A stretch of 55,864 nt of DNA, filler included, from Dugesia japonica (GCA_001938525.1; 4 parts of 4 records of this genome joined end to end with filler, not necessarily neighbours in it), one strand, 5' to 3'. Positions 27,001 to 40,200 are shown, counted from the whole stretch's first letter. The notes: generated from the letters alone by a model not told the origin. Translations and numbers: made by a program.

Positions 27001-28407
27001 CTTGTCTCATATACAGTGGTGCTCTGATTTAAAAAAAGCAGGAAATGAATCTTCATGAACTTTCTTGATTTAAGAACTGACCAAATTCATAGCCAGGGTT
27101 TAGCTGTATAAATTATTCACAGATAAATCGCGTCTCTATTTTAAAAATTCAAAAGCCAGTCTATAAAACCTTTCCTTATTCATTACTTATTCCATTATCT
27201 AAATTTATAGAACAATTAAAAATCAACGTAATATTTATACTTCGAACACTGATTTTAAAGATTTAAAAGTTATCTCTTGAGTTTTTAGTCATTTATAATT
27301 TCGAATAAATATTGACATCTGATATCATATTTTAGTGGGTTTTTGAATAAATTCAAAATGTATCATCTGATGTAAAATAAAAAATATTTTTAATTTGTAA
27401 TTTACCAATAAAAAAACATGTATGCATTTCTAGCCTATTAAATAAAATAGAAATGAGAAACTGTACTATTTTCAATTAGGGACCACGGACAAAAATTGGT
27501 TAATATTAACACTAATATTTCATTACAGGTCATTAAATGTCATTTTTGTCAACAAATTACAGTAATAANNNNNNNNNCATCATAAAAGAGTCCTTTAAAA
27601 ATTACATAAAATTGGTGATTATTAAACAAACAAATCTAAGCAGTAATAAAAACTGTAAATACATATAAATAACTGAAACTTTAAAAGAAAAATGTATTCT
27701 TATCATTAAAACAACGTAAAACAGTCTTTATAATAATTACAAAAAACATGATTAAAAATTTTTCTTGAATTATCAATCTGTTTAAACAAATAAAAAGCAT
27801 GAACACGTACAGAAAATCCGTAATTTAAAACAGGTGTTTCATATTTATTTTAGTGAAAACATTAACATTCCTCTATTTGCAACAAATTGTTGGCATCGAT
27901 GACAAAAATAAAACATTTATTCAATCATAATTAACTTTCGAAGTCAAAACGTTGACCTGAATTGCACTTAAAGGAGAGTGTTTGTTTCTTTGGCCTATCA
28001 TTACATCAATGCCTATAGCGTGTAATTGACCAATTAAATTAAAATGGCTATATTGTGACTAATACGCTTACTCATCAATTTTATTAGACTTGTATTAAAA
28101 TATCAACCAATCATTACAAATTACTGACAAACTAACCTGTTTCACTGGAATCAATCTGCCACTGCCTATGCCATTTATCTGCTGCTTGTTCTTGTCTACC
28201 ACGATATCTTTGTCTGAATGAGGTTTCTGAATGCAATAGACATAGATAATAATTTCGAAATGATCATTCGTCAATTTTCCACTAATATTAATTAGACCTT
28301 ACAAACAAATGTGATTTTCTCCTTGATTTTCTTATCTGCGTCGGAGTACTACCGGGGGTTGGAGGATCTTTGGTAATACCATCTGCACTGCTGGCGGTTG
28401 ATTTTTC
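15244..28407 (-). CDS. AGAP1: AGAP / centaurin-gamma (Arf-GAP with GTPase, PH and ankyrin domains), partial; exons 28407-28303, 28226-28137, 25383-25276, 24751-24577, 24522-24481, 18037-17903, 15561-15244
   Basis: All exons have AG/GT borders and compatible phases; spliced protein contains TPTQIRKSRRKSHLF, GSGRLIPVKQ, NYLFKKS..KYVTLTEDAKLTYYP, DYMNQVRGKEVDL..IKIPG, KRHRRMKS, YEFILIGNDNRQWHFDAGSLEERDDWV and IRSIAGNEVCSDCGSP; 5' and 3' exons not found in this contig; AGAP1 vs AGAP2/3 orthology not resolvable. Confidence 0.9.
18549..19650 (+). mobile_element. Tc1/IS630-type (DDE) transposon relic in an AGAP intron
   Basis: VFMDES (ORF 18821), LILDNARVHK (ORF 18903), KFLSPY*YMLNSIENAFSKIK; degenerate inverted ends TAAACCATTT..TCAATTT / AAATTGACCTGAAAATGGTTTA. 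Confidence 0.85.
20995..21195. repeat. (AAT)n / (AATAATAATGAT)n microsatellite containing a gap
   Basis: Directly visible. Confidence 0.95.
21272..23009 (-). mobile_element. pogo/Tc2-type transposon, decayed, 1738 bp
   Basis: TIRs CCGTACTTGTTCAAATA (21272) and TATTCGAACAAATACGG (ends 23009) flanked by TA; minus-strand relics SDGWLSK, GNDETP, STDGKK, IPTGCVKYIQPA. Confidence 0.85.
21391..21428 (+). ncRNA. Degenerate hammerhead motif (family B relic)
   Basis: UUUC CUGAAGA A GCC ACAU GUC UAAA AUUU GAAUU versus family B AUUC CUGAAGA A GAC AAGU GUC GAAA AUUU GAAU. Confidence 0.4.
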
Positions 28408-28942
28408 CTAAAACAAATAAATTTCATTCTTGTTTATGAACTGATATAATTTAAATAACATGCGTTAATAAATAAAACTTTTATTCTGGCAGCAAGCACT
28501 TTCACCAAAAATCAAATTCAAATCAATGGTTTAATGCATACATCAATCAATGGAAAAATAATTTTGAGAAAAATAATGATTTTAAAATTATTTTATTTCA
28601 ATAATATGATTTTTTCTAAAATATTATTTTATAATATAATGATATAATTATTAACAAGTAATAATAATAATAATAATTATGAGGAATATAATCCCATTGT
28701 TTTTTCCAAAGCGATATTTATTTTATATAAAACTAAAAATTCTGTGACAAAATTAAAATGTATTAATATAAAATAAATATCGTAAATATTCATAAATATT
28801 CTTTTATAATAAATTTAATACTACTACAAAAATCGCTAATTACAAATACAATTGAGATTACAACTTTTACAAAAATAGAATTTAAAAAATAAATGTTACA
28901 AAATAATACTAAATTTAGTTCACTCTAATTAAGACAATTTAA

Positions 28943-29971
28943 CTATGAGTACTGATTAATCATGCGGATTTATAATCAAAGAAATGTCCGTCACTAGTTA
29001 CGTATTTTTCATGTGTCAGGCAATTTGTGGATACCATCCCAATAGAACTTTTTTTGTTTTCAGGCAAACCATTCAGAAACCAATTTTTAAAACTTCTTTT
29101 TACGTTTTGAAGTGCTCAAATAAAGTACATATGACATCGATCGGAACAAATGGTAATCTGGAAGATTAATGTCTGGTGAGTACGAAGGATGGGTAAACTC
29201 TTCCCATCCAAGATCCTTTACCGTCTGTTGAACAGGTTTTGAAGTAGATGCAATGTCATGAAGCAAAACTAATTTTTAATGTCTTACTGGCAATTCTGGT
29301 CGCTTTACAATTATTTTGTGGATTTCACATTCTCAAAATTGATTCCCTTTTCATCCCCTGTCACAATTCGATGACAAAAATTTCTTCTGTGCCGTTGAAG
29401 AAACATCTCACTGACGACGTTTCGGATTTCCGTTTGCCTTTCATTGATTTGATGTGGTAACCATTTTTTCCCTTCAAAATCTTTGCATTGTTAGCAAACG
29501 ATTGGAAGCTGCTTGCTGAGCAACGTTTAATTTATTTTCAAGTGACTTTTCAATTTGAAACGCATCTTCATCCAATAACGCTTGTAATTATTAGTCTTAA
29601 AACTTTTTTGGTTGACCAGGGCTTTCTTTAACTATCAATTGAAACTATCATTTTCAAAGCGTTGAAACCCTCGTTTACTAGTACCTTGAGATGGCACATG
29701 TTGGCCATAGGCTACTTGTAGAATACAATAACTATTAGCAGTACTTTTCTTCAAAATGAAATTATGAATTAAAACTTAGCGCAAATGCTGCTGTTAGAGC
29801 GAATTTCAACATTGTTAATTCTAAAAAATTTTATGATAACACTTCAGAAAATTGGAACTATATTAATATTAATTTTAATCAATACAGCAAATAAATCAAA
29901 TCTGACATATATTAGCATATATGTAAATATGTCTATTCAAAAAAATCCACATGATTAACCGGTATCCTTAG
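28943..29971 (-). mobile_element. Mariner (Mos1-like, DD34D) transposon, decayed and internally deleted
   Basis: Degenerate ~29-bp TIRs (CTATGAGTACTGATTAATCATGCGGATTT / AAATCCACATGATTAACCGGTATCCTTAG); LQALLDED, WLPHQI, HRIVTGDEK, HPSYSPDINLPDYHLFRSM. Confidence 0.9.
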
Positions 29972-30127
29972 TAAATATAAAAATATGCAAAAGTTTTAAA
30001 AATTCAACACTTTAATATAATATGTAAACAACTCACATAATGACTACATTTTAATTTAATTTACATTTAAATTTAATTAGAAAAAATTCTTGCATATCTA
30101 CTTAAATATCTACATAATGTTATCTTA

Positions 30128-30128
<1 letters not shown>

Positions 30129-30188
<60 letters not shown>
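30129..30188. repeat. (AAT)n microsatellite
   Basis: Directly visible. Confidence 0.9.
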
Positions 30189-30789
30189 NNNNNNNNNNNN
30201 NNNNNNNNNNNNNNNNNNNNNNNNNNNNNNNNNNNNNNCAATTTAAATCAAAAAATATTCAAAATATTTTATTTTTTATCTTAAATCACAATTATAAAGA
30301 AAAGTTCAACTACAAAAATTTAATTTTTTAATGCTAAAAGAAAAAATTTAGAAAAAATTTTTAAATATGATTTTGAGGTTTTTATTCTATTTCTGTATTA
30401 AAGAGAGGTTTCAGTTCCAAAAAGAATTAAATATTTATGGGAACTATAAAAATATAATTTAACTATCCAATTTGATAGAGAAAACCCTATAAATAGGATA
30501 ATCGAATNNNNNNNNNNNNNNNNNNNNNNNNNNNNNNNNNNNNNNNNNNATAAATAAAAACAGAACTAAAAAAGTTGTATTTAAAAATAATTTATTTATT
30601 TTCTATTAATTAAAGTTGAAATTATGCAAGCGATCAATTAAACTACATTACTAGCAATGAAATATAATGAAAATAATAAAGTAATACAATAATATGTATA
30701 TTAGACAAAATTTATGAATAATTTCTTGAAATAATTTGAATTTAATTTTAGAATAACTTATTTCCGGTGTTTATTTCTAGAATTCTGCA

Positions 30790-31320
30790 TTTCTTTAACC
30801 ATTCAACTTTTTTAAATTTGGAACCTTGTGGAATTTCTAACCAAACTTAGAGAGGTGTTAGAAATTCAGCAATTTTATAAGAACCTTCATAGAGAAAATC
30901 AATCTTTTTCCGTTTTTGAGGGTCTTTTCTTACCTCGATACCTACTTCAAATTCACGATTAAAATTGTGTTTCCTTGATTTATTCGGGTCTGCGATGATC
31001 GTTTAATATTATCATAAGCTTTATTTATAATTTCGTCCTATCCAAAGTTGTGTTCCTTATTTGTGTGAATATTTATCTTCCTCCTGTAAATGATCTCCAT
31101 TGGTAAGAATTGAAAGCAAACTATATTCTATGAAGCTTATCCCAAAAAAACTTTTATTCTCTCTTGCCCTCATTGAAGTCACTATAAGGTCTTGAACTGT
31201 TCTGATTGCTCGTTCAGTTAATCCATTAGATTTATGTTCATATGGAGACTTAAAATTCCATGAAAAATTAAGTTTAATAGCTAGAATTTGTAATAATTTT
31301 CCTTTGATTTTTTTACGGTG
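30790..31320 (-). mobile_element. Gypsy integrase relic
   Basis: SPYEHKSNGLTERAIRTVQDLI, FAFNS, REFEVG, LYEGSYKI (GPY/F region). Confidence 0.75.
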
Positions 31321-31375
31321 GACTTAATTGAAATAAAACACAATATTTATACATTATACACATATATGAGGTTTA

Positions 31376-31561
31376 TCGTATGAGGTCTATCTTATTATAT
31401 TAATTAAAATAATAACATTATTATTATTGTATTTATACTTGGTTATAATATTATATTATATAATTAATATATTATATAATATTATATATTATAACCAAGT
31501 ATAAATACAATAATAATTTTGTTATTATATTAATTAATATAATGAGATAGACCTCATACGA
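31376..31561. repeat. 186-bp fold-back palindrome (MITE-like)
   Basis: TCGTATGAGGTCTATCT..TTGTATTTATACTTGGTTATAATA is mirrored by TATTATAACCAAGTATAAATACAA..AGATAGACCTCATACGA. Confidence 0.85.
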
Positions 31562-32457
31562 ATAAAGCACACATAAATTGATGAACTTCAGTATTTAGTG
31601 AATATTTTCTATTTATTGATAAATTCGATTGATTATTATTATTTAGTAATTCAGAAAAGATAATTTAGAATAAAAGCCAGCAGCCTTTTAGTTACCAAGG
31701 TAGCAATATAAACTTCAGAAAATTGTCGAAAACGAATTAAAAATTTTTAAAAACAAAAATTTATATTATAAATGTCTAAGCAAAAGAACGATTATAAATG
31801 ACTGCAATAAATTATTCTTAAAATAACGATAATAATGAGTAGATACTTATAGTATCAATTTGGAATTATGAAAAATTATATTAGAAACATGCCTTAATAA
31901 AAATGAGCAAACGAATAATAAAACACAACATTGCTATAAATTTAATAGTATATATTATACAAAGTTATTTTAAATTGAACATTCTTTCAAGGTTATAATT
32001 TGAGCACATTTTAATTTTCGATAAAAAGGCAGGAGTAGTCAATAATTTTCAAAATATTTTAATAATAAATTTTTGTTAATTAATTAATAATGTTTTTTCG
32101 GTTTATTTTCAGTCATCCTTTAGCCGAAACAGATTAGTAAAAATGAATGCTTCTTAAATTTAAAATAATCAATATTTTAGAAAATAAATGTTTATAAATA
32201 TTTATAGAAAATATTTATATATCCATGTTCTTGAAATACTCGATCAAAAGGCATTTGATTAAACAAAATTATTTTTTCAAACCACCATTTGGTGTATAAT
32301 ATAATCACTTCTCTTTAAAATAAACAGTGCAATTTTTTCAATCGAATTTCTTTTTAGTTGCTATGGTTTCAGTATCCTCGAAAATTCCTAAAATATTAAA
32401 TCAAATTTAAGTCAAATGAATTATTTTTTCAATTGAGAATATTCAGGATTTCATCAT

Positions 32458-32557
32458 NNNNNNNNNNNNNNNNNNNNNNNNNNNNNNNNNNNNNNNNNNN
32501 NTTAATTAATTAANNNNNNNNNNNNNNNNNNNNNNNNNNNNNNNNNNNNNNNNNNNN
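32458..32557. other. Artificial assembly spacer (44N-TTAATTAATTAA-44N)
   Basis: Linker at 32502-32513. Confidence 0.95.
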
Positions 32558-32624
32558 TATATTTAAAAGTAATAGATATAACAAATATATTATTAGTGGG
32601 AATCAATCCGCTTTAACAGTTGAT

Positions 32625-34370
32625 TTTAAATGCCCTGTTTGTAACAAGACATTTATAAATAACGCAGGGTTGTCACCGCATATACAATCTTGAACCTGTT
32701 CACGATCGGTACATGATTATTACACATGTAACATATGTCACAAAAAATTAGCAAGTGAAAAAGGCNNNNNNNNNNNNNNNNNNNNNNNNNNNNNNNNNNN
32801 NNNNNNNNNNNNNNNTAGCAAGTGAAAAAGGCTTGCGACTGCATAAAAACTCCACCACATGTGGAAGTAGTAGAGGTTCTGCAGGGATTTGTGTGATTCC
32901 TTTGTATTGTAATATTTTTAATCATAAATTCACAAGAAAAAATCATGCTCAATCACATTTCAACAGTGATTTANNNNNNNNNNNNNNNNNNNNNNNGAAT
33001 GAAGAAAAAGTTAAAGAATTATTTGATGAATTACCTGGTGATGAAGCAATTGATTTTGATAATAATGAAATTCGAAAGTTATTTAAACATTTGAAAAATA
33101 TAAAGTATTATAATATCAAATATTTTAAAGAAAATAAAATTGAATTAACAAGAAATGTAAAAGCATTAAATTCTAAATTAATAACTAGATTTAAAAAAGA
33201 AATTACTAAAATTGTTGATTTATATTTTGATTATTCGAAAAAGTTTATATTACGATTGAGTGTTAATTGTAATTATAATAAAGAAGATGAAGAAAGAATA
33301 TTTAATTCATATTCTAGTAATGAAAGAATGACAATCAAAAGTGATGTTGAAATTAAAGTGCAAGAGTTATTAAATCAACTTCAAAGATACATGGAAGATG
33401 AAGATCAAAGTGAAAGTGGATGGAATTTGGATTATATAGTTGATTTTAAAATTGAATTATCAAAATATCAATCATTAGTTGTCTCAAGCTATCAAAAATT
33501 ACCTTTTATTAAACCTGGTGTAATTTAAAGTGGTCCATAGAGCAGTAAAATTTACTCAATTTCATTTATTTGAAAAATATATTGAAACAAACACTACATT
33601 AAGACCCGAATGTAATAAGGAGCTTAAGAAAATTTATTAAAAACTATTGAACAATAGTTTGTATGGAAAATCTGTCGAAACTTTAAAGAAAATGATGGAT
33701 TTAAGATAATTTAATGCTAGCAAAAAGCTTGTAAAATATTCTTTAGAACCCAACTTACGGAAATCCATCAAGATTGTTGAAGCCATGATTGCTGCATTGA
33801 TGAATAAGTAGTCAGTATGCCTAAATCGTCTAAGCTACATTGGTCAATCTGTACTTGACTTGATCAAATTACGACTGTACCAGCTACAGTACATGGAGCT
33901 CGATAAGTATTGAAAAAAAGAAAAATGTAGTATTAATATTGTAGCTGACGATGCTGACAGCTTTTTTCCTGAGTTAGTAGATATAAGTTTAGAAAAAATT
34001 ACTAGTTTGATGAAAAACGATGGGTTATTAGATACTTCAAACTATAGTAAAGATGATTCCCTCTATAGTAATCANNNNNNNNNNNNNNNNNNNNNNNNNN
34101 NNNNNNNNNNNNNNNNNNNNNNNNNNNNNNNNNNNNNNNNNNNNNNNNNNNNNNNNNNNNNNNNNNNNNNNNNNNNNNNNNNNNTTTAACATTGAAGAAT
34201 AGCTGCATCAACCATCATAAATATGTTGACTGCTATAATAACGAGGAAAATGTCTTAGTCAATCATTTTAGAATTTTATCGAAAAATCATCAGTTTGTTA
34301 GTATAAAAAGTAAGAAAATAAGATTAAGTAGGATTAAAATGAAAGCATACCTTACGGACATATTAAAATA
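32625..34370 (+). mobile_element. Polinton/Maverick protein-primed DNA polymerase B relic with N-terminal zinc fingers
   Basis: ESGWNLDYI..KYQSLVVSSYQKLP (N-terminal region), KLLNNSLYGKSVE (motif B), LNRLSYIGQSVLDLIKL, ADDADSF (YxDTDS-like), LDTSNY, FRILSKNHQ; in-frame stops; exonuclease and motif A not seen. Confidence 0.85.
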
Positions 34371-34935
34371 AAATAAAATACTTTTAACTATAAAACATCA
34401 ACTGATCCGGTCTCATAAAGATCTTAAACAATGGTTAGTAATTGTTTTTATATCATAAATTATTTAATTATTTCTATTTAGAAAGGAAAAAACAATGTAA
34501 AAATTTGTATTAAAAAAACTAATGTGAATGATTAATCGTTTCTATTTAGGACCAATTATGATGATTTTGTAAAATAAAAATGAACGATTTTTATTATAAT
34601 TGTTATGAATTTAGATTTGGCAATAGAAAAAATTATTGAAAACTTAGATAAAAATTATTCTGTAGGTGAACTTCAATTAAGTTCACCAAATAATCAAATT
34701 AATATTATACTTTTTAAAATATAATTAAAATAATTAGAAAGAAATTTTTTTTGAATTATATTTATTTAATAAAATGACATCAAATAACATAACAAATAAC
34801 ATAACAAATAAATGTCTTCATAGCCATAAAACCTGATGTATCCTCGAGCTTTTCTCTTGACAGATCGGAACTAAACTAAAATTATTAATTTTTAATTAAA
34901 TAAATAAAATTACTATTATTTTGATTTGTTTCTAT

Positions 34936-35550
34936 TTAACATTGACGTTGTTTCCCCAACGCAATAGATAGAGCTTGAACTTTGATGTTTGCTTTTGTGA
35001 TATCAAGTATTTCTGGACTTTGGTATCTACAGTCTAAGTTCAATCTGTTTTTAATTATTTTCTTCTCTAATTTATAAAGTTCAATTGCTGCTGGTGGTGG
35101 GTTAAGATTGAAGAACTTTACGAAATTTTTCATTAAAAATCTAATATTTTCTAGTTCTTTTTTATTGTAACTGAGATTATCTTTACAATCATCTTTCCTC
35201 ATGGCAACTAATCTGTCAAGGAATTGAATTTCTACTAATGCATGTAGAACTTGTAACTCTTATCTTGTAACTTCCTCTTCAACTTGTACCGGTACAATAA
35301 TGTCTCGTTGTTTGAGATCTCTNTCAACGGTGGCATAAAAAGATCGAGATTTTAATGCATCTTTGATATTTCTGCTTTATTTACTACACATCTGGATAGA
35401 CTTTCTGCATAGTTTAGTGTATAACTTTGGTTTTGATTTAATTTTGTATATGTAATTTTCCTTTAAATCTTTATTCATTTTGTTGCATATCTCAATTTCT
35501 TTCAGTATTTCATATTGACGGAACGAGGTTTTCTTTAAGTCTGACATTTT
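34936..35550 (-). pseudogene. Decayed ORF of unknown function, probably a Polinton accessory gene
   Basis: Coding-like intronless sequence with frameshifts, convergent with pPolB; no recognisable family motif. Confidence 0.3.
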
Positions 35551-37249
35551 TTTAAAAGAATTAGTAAATATAATTTAAACTTTCTCTTTATATACTAACG
35601 ATTATGTGTGTATATAAAATATTATTGGCTCTATATTGGTCACAAAAATACCTGGAATTAATGAAGAACAACATAGAGGAACAGAAAATTGATAAAGAAG
35701 AAGAAAAATTAAAACTTTCTAAAAATAAATGTTTATTACTGTAAAAGTTTTATAATTTTATAAGTAGTCAAATAAAAATAAGTAAAAATATAATTAATGC
35801 AATAGTGATGCAACTGAGATGCAACTCATCAGCCACCCNNNNNNNNNNNNNNNNNNNNNNNNNNNNNNNNNNNNNNNNNNNNNNNNNNNNNNNNNNNNNN
35901 NNNNNNNNNNNNNNNNNNNNNNNNNNNNNNNNNNNNNNNNNNNNNNAACAAACAAACATTTTAGCTCATTTTTACCTTTTGTAACCTATAGACGTATTTT
36001 GATAGCAAACTCAAATATACCATCTAAGCCCAAATATTATTACCCAGCACACATTATGTCACAATTTTCTATAAAAATATACATTTTTACTCACACAAGC
36101 ATCGCCACATAGAAAAATACTAAACATTTATACCATCACCTGTTCCCCGTATTCTTCTTTCATTCAAACCAAAATCATCCAAATCCGTAAAGAAATTGCA
36201 ACACTAGACCTGTTAAACCAAAATCCCATAACACTTCACAGTAACCAAGAGGAACATTTTGCAAAAATTTATCTATGTCATTAAATACACACTTAAAAAC
36301 CCTATTGAAATAAATCATCGAAACCTAAATAAAGTTTAAAAAAATAAAAATTAGAGGAAAGAAAAAGAAGAAGAAAAGATAAAGTTTTTAAATTTATTGC
36401 TGAAAACTTTTCAGAAAAAAAATTCGTTGGAAATTTCTTTTATGAAATTTGAATTTCCCGCAAAACGTTATCTGAAATTTTTATTTCCCACAAAATTTAT
36501 TTGTTAATGAAAACAAAAAATAAGTTATACGGTTGACAGGACAACATTTTATCAATGTTTTCTATAAAATAAACAAAAGAAATTTTTAATTTCTCGCTAA
36601 ATTAACTTACGACTTAGTTAAAACAATAAATGGTTGAAAATATTTGAAATTCCCGCTAAATTTACTAATTAAATAAAACAAAACATGGGTGTGGGTATGA
36701 GTGTGTATGAGTTAATTAATTTAAATCGTGATAGCACCTCCTTATTATTTCTGATACGAAAAACGGTTTATCATTGAGTTATAAAGATTATCTCCTTAAT
36801 TGTAAAGTTGATGTCGCTGATAATTTGGCAAATATGTCCAATCTCGATCGATTTATTGCAATGGAATATCAAACAATGAAATAATCCTATACCGTTGTAA
36901 GTTTGAAGACACAGTAAAAAATGGACTCCATGCACTTTTTTCAATTCAATTGCTACATAGTCTAGTAATTATCAGAAGATCAGAATGTGTGTAGATACTG
37001 AAATTTAATACAGATTCATTGGAAATGTGAGATTTCTAATGGATAATCTGGTTAAGTTTCATAAACTTGATTTTTCAACAGTTACAAATGAGTTTTATGA
37101 GAATGAAAAGAAACACTAATAAAAGATTTCAATGAAGTTTTACGTTATTCAAGTCCTGGTCCAAACATTTAAAGTTCAAATATATATCAAACTGAAAGTT
37201 CTATCAATTGCTCTAAGATAAAAACATGAATGTAAAGATATACAAATAT

Positions 37250-37440
37250 ATTTCGATTTTGTCTTCGTCAATAATTGACTTTTTTTCGAAATATAATTGA
37301 ATATATATAGAAAATATATAGAATTGTTATCAAAAACCAAAAAACAAAAATTTTGATCGAAGCTTTTATTTTAAATGAATTCTAAAAACGATCAGTGGTT
37401 ACGCCCAACAATTATTCTCGCAAAATTTGCAATTGTAAAA
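37250..37440 (+). mobile_element. Family B pLTR-derived short repeat with an inverted, degenerate hammerhead
   Basis: TTTCGATTTTGTCTTCGTCA (reverse-complement hammerhead), then GAATTGTTATC..TTTTGATCGAAGC..CGATCAGTGGTTACGCCCAACAATTATTCTCGCAAAATTTG. Confidence 0.6.
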
Positions 37441-38254
37441 CCTAAAATTTCATCAATATTATAGACATTGTTATTTTCTTCCGCTGAATTGATAAAAGTT
37501 GCTTCCTTTAGTTCTATATGTTAATTGATTCTTATAAACAGATCATTTGAAATCATTTTTAAAACGCGCATACTATAAGCAAATCTCTTGNNNNNNNNNN
37601 NNNAAGTTATCCTAAATAAAATTTATTAATAAAGATTAATAAAATTAGCAAAATTAGTAGAATTTTGAAAGGAAACAATATTGGTTTCTAGATGAAAACC
37701 CTTTCATACTTGAGAAAATTGCATATCTTGCCAAAATTAAACATTGAAGAAGTATTCTTTTTTTCTTATCGACTCATCTTTAAATTGAACTCTTTCTTCT
37801 TCTAAGAAGTTTTAATGTTGTTTGATGGAAAAACTGACTTCTTTTCCACATAAGTTACCTAAATTTTTCTTCCGCGTAATTTTTGGGCATCTGAATCCAG
37901 TCATTTTTGCTAATTTAATTCGAATTAGTTTTTATATCTATTAATAATTGATTCTTTTAATATTGTTTAAAAAAATATATTTCTTCCTTAAATTGTTTAC
38001 TAATTAGTTAATCATCCATTTCTTTTCTAAAATTTTCGTTCTGAATTCTTTTTTTCAGGATTTATTTTCTGTCTAATTAAAATCTCTAACAATTAAATTT
38101 ATTTTCTCATTTATTTTCGATCTAATTTTNNNNNNNNNNNNNNNNNNNNNNNNNNNNNNNNNNNNNNNNNNNNNNNNNNNNNNNNNNNNNNNNNNNNNNN
38201 NNNNNNNNNNNNNNNNNNNNNNNNNNNNNNNNNNNNNNNNNNNNNNNNNNNNNN

Positions 38255-38296
<42 letters not shown>

Positions 38297-38984
38297 TTTA
38301 TTTATTTTTATGGTTAAAAAATAAAATTGATTTTTCAATTTAATATTAATAAAAAAAATTGTAAATTTTTATGGTATTATCGAAACTCTTATTTTTACTG
38401 CATGTTTTTGGTTTGTATGTACATAAAATAAAGGATAATTCTATAGGTCAGCGTATAGAAAGAAATTATGACGGATATTTTTTGAAAATTATCTCTGCTT
38501 TGATTGCTGTTTTCAATTTTAAATTAACATAAATTATTTCTTAAATTATTTCTATTAATTTAGTTTATTATAAAAAATCAAGACAATTAAGTTTTTGAAA
38601 TTTAAATTTCTTTTTACTTATACGAGAACTTATTAAATAAAATAATTAATAATAAAATTCATAATTGATTTCATTTATATAAATAAAATTCAGAGAAAAT
38701 TATCACATAAACAAGGTTGATGTACAGAGAAAATTTGATAATACGTATTTGTATAATTATAAACAAAAAATTTGGGAATTAATTTTATCACTTAAATAAA
38801 ACAATGTACACCCGAAGTTTTATTAATTATAATCAGAAATATATAATATAATAGGTATTTTGTGAATTAAATTTTAATTATTATTAAATTATTCTTATNG
38901 ATTTTAAATAAATTCAACACAGAATATCTGATTATATCTGTAAATAGTTTTGTTAAAATCGGTTCACAGTTGTAAGAGTGATTC

Positions 38985-40200
38985 ATAGATTTCATTAAAA
39001 TAAAGAAAAAGCTTCGATCAAAATAAAATGTATTTTTGTATAAATTCATATTTTCGACACTTGTCTTCTTGAGGAATGATGACATTTTGATAGATTCAAA
39101 ACGATAATAGATCTTTGTTACAAAATTCTTTAGATTTTATCACATTTTTATTGGTCTTAAAAATTATCATTTTTTTATTTTAAAATTAAATCTCAAAAAA
39201 TCTTTTTTTAACCAAATTGAATTGAAAATCTTTCAAATGTTTAAAAAGACTAATATATTAAAGTATTAAAATATTTAAAATATGTATTTTATTAAAATTA
39301 ATAAATTACAATATTAAAATATTAAAACATTACAATATTAAAATACTAAAATAAAATTATTTCTCTATCAACTTTTGATAAACATTCACAAGCTTCTCCC
39401 AATTCTTATTTAAAAAAATCTTTTATCAATATTTTTTTATTAAAAATTTCTTTTAAAATTTAATTTATTGATACTAATTTTTTAAAATTTTTAATTATTT
39501 TAATTATTGAAAATTACGTTAATTTCAGGTTTATCCTCTTTAATTAATATTTCATGTTTTTTTTCTGTGAAGTGCAGAAATTTAGCCTGTTCAAAATGTT
39601 TTCCATGTAATATGATGTTTTTTTGGTAAAATATTATGTTTCTATTGAAAGAGTTTGAAGACTTCGCTTTCTTTCTGTTTGAGATGTTCTTTAATTCTTG
39701 TACCGATGGTTCTGGATGTTTCTCCTATATGTGTATCTTTACATAAGGTGCATGTTATTTTGTAATATTTTTTAATGCATATATTTCTACCATCACAAAT
39801 GCATTTGGGACCGCAAAATTAATAAAAGGTAATTTAATTACTGTATTTGTCTTTTGTTTGATTTTATTAAATTCTGTATTTGAGTATANATGTTTATATA
39901 CAATTCTATTTGGATAAGCATTATTTAGAAATTTATTTTTTATAACTTAAGGGAAGTCAATCTTATCTCTTCATTTGAAGATAGTCATTCGGCTCTTATT
40001 CTTTCACCCTTGATTATTCTAATTTTCTGTCTGATGATAGTATTACTACTCCAGGGTAATAAATGTCCACTGTGGAATGGTTTCATATATAATTGAGTAT
40101 TTAATAATTCACCAGGTTTCTTTTGGATTAAAATGTCCAGAAAAGAAATAAAACTACTATATTTTAGATTGGACCTCATTAAACTAATTATCACCGAAAC
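38985..40200 (-). mobile_element. Penelope-like element relic 3 (RT C-terminus, GIY-YIG endonuclease, family B pLTR)
   Basis: ORF 39985-40194 SFLDILI..TQLYMKPFHSGHLLPWSS..KIRIIKGERIRA; NNAYP; YKITCTLCKDTHIGETSRTIGTRIKEH; same-strand hammerhead downstream. Confidence 0.9.
39044..39077 (-). ncRNA. Hammerhead motif (family B), G5 mutated
   Basis: AUUC CUCAAGA A GAC AAGU GUC GAAA AUAU GAAU. Confidence 0.55.

Noticed and set aside
7205-38338. Poly-Ile/Asn/Tyr and X-rich ORFs in the ORF track
   Set aside because: They are translations of (AAT)n microsatellites and N gaps
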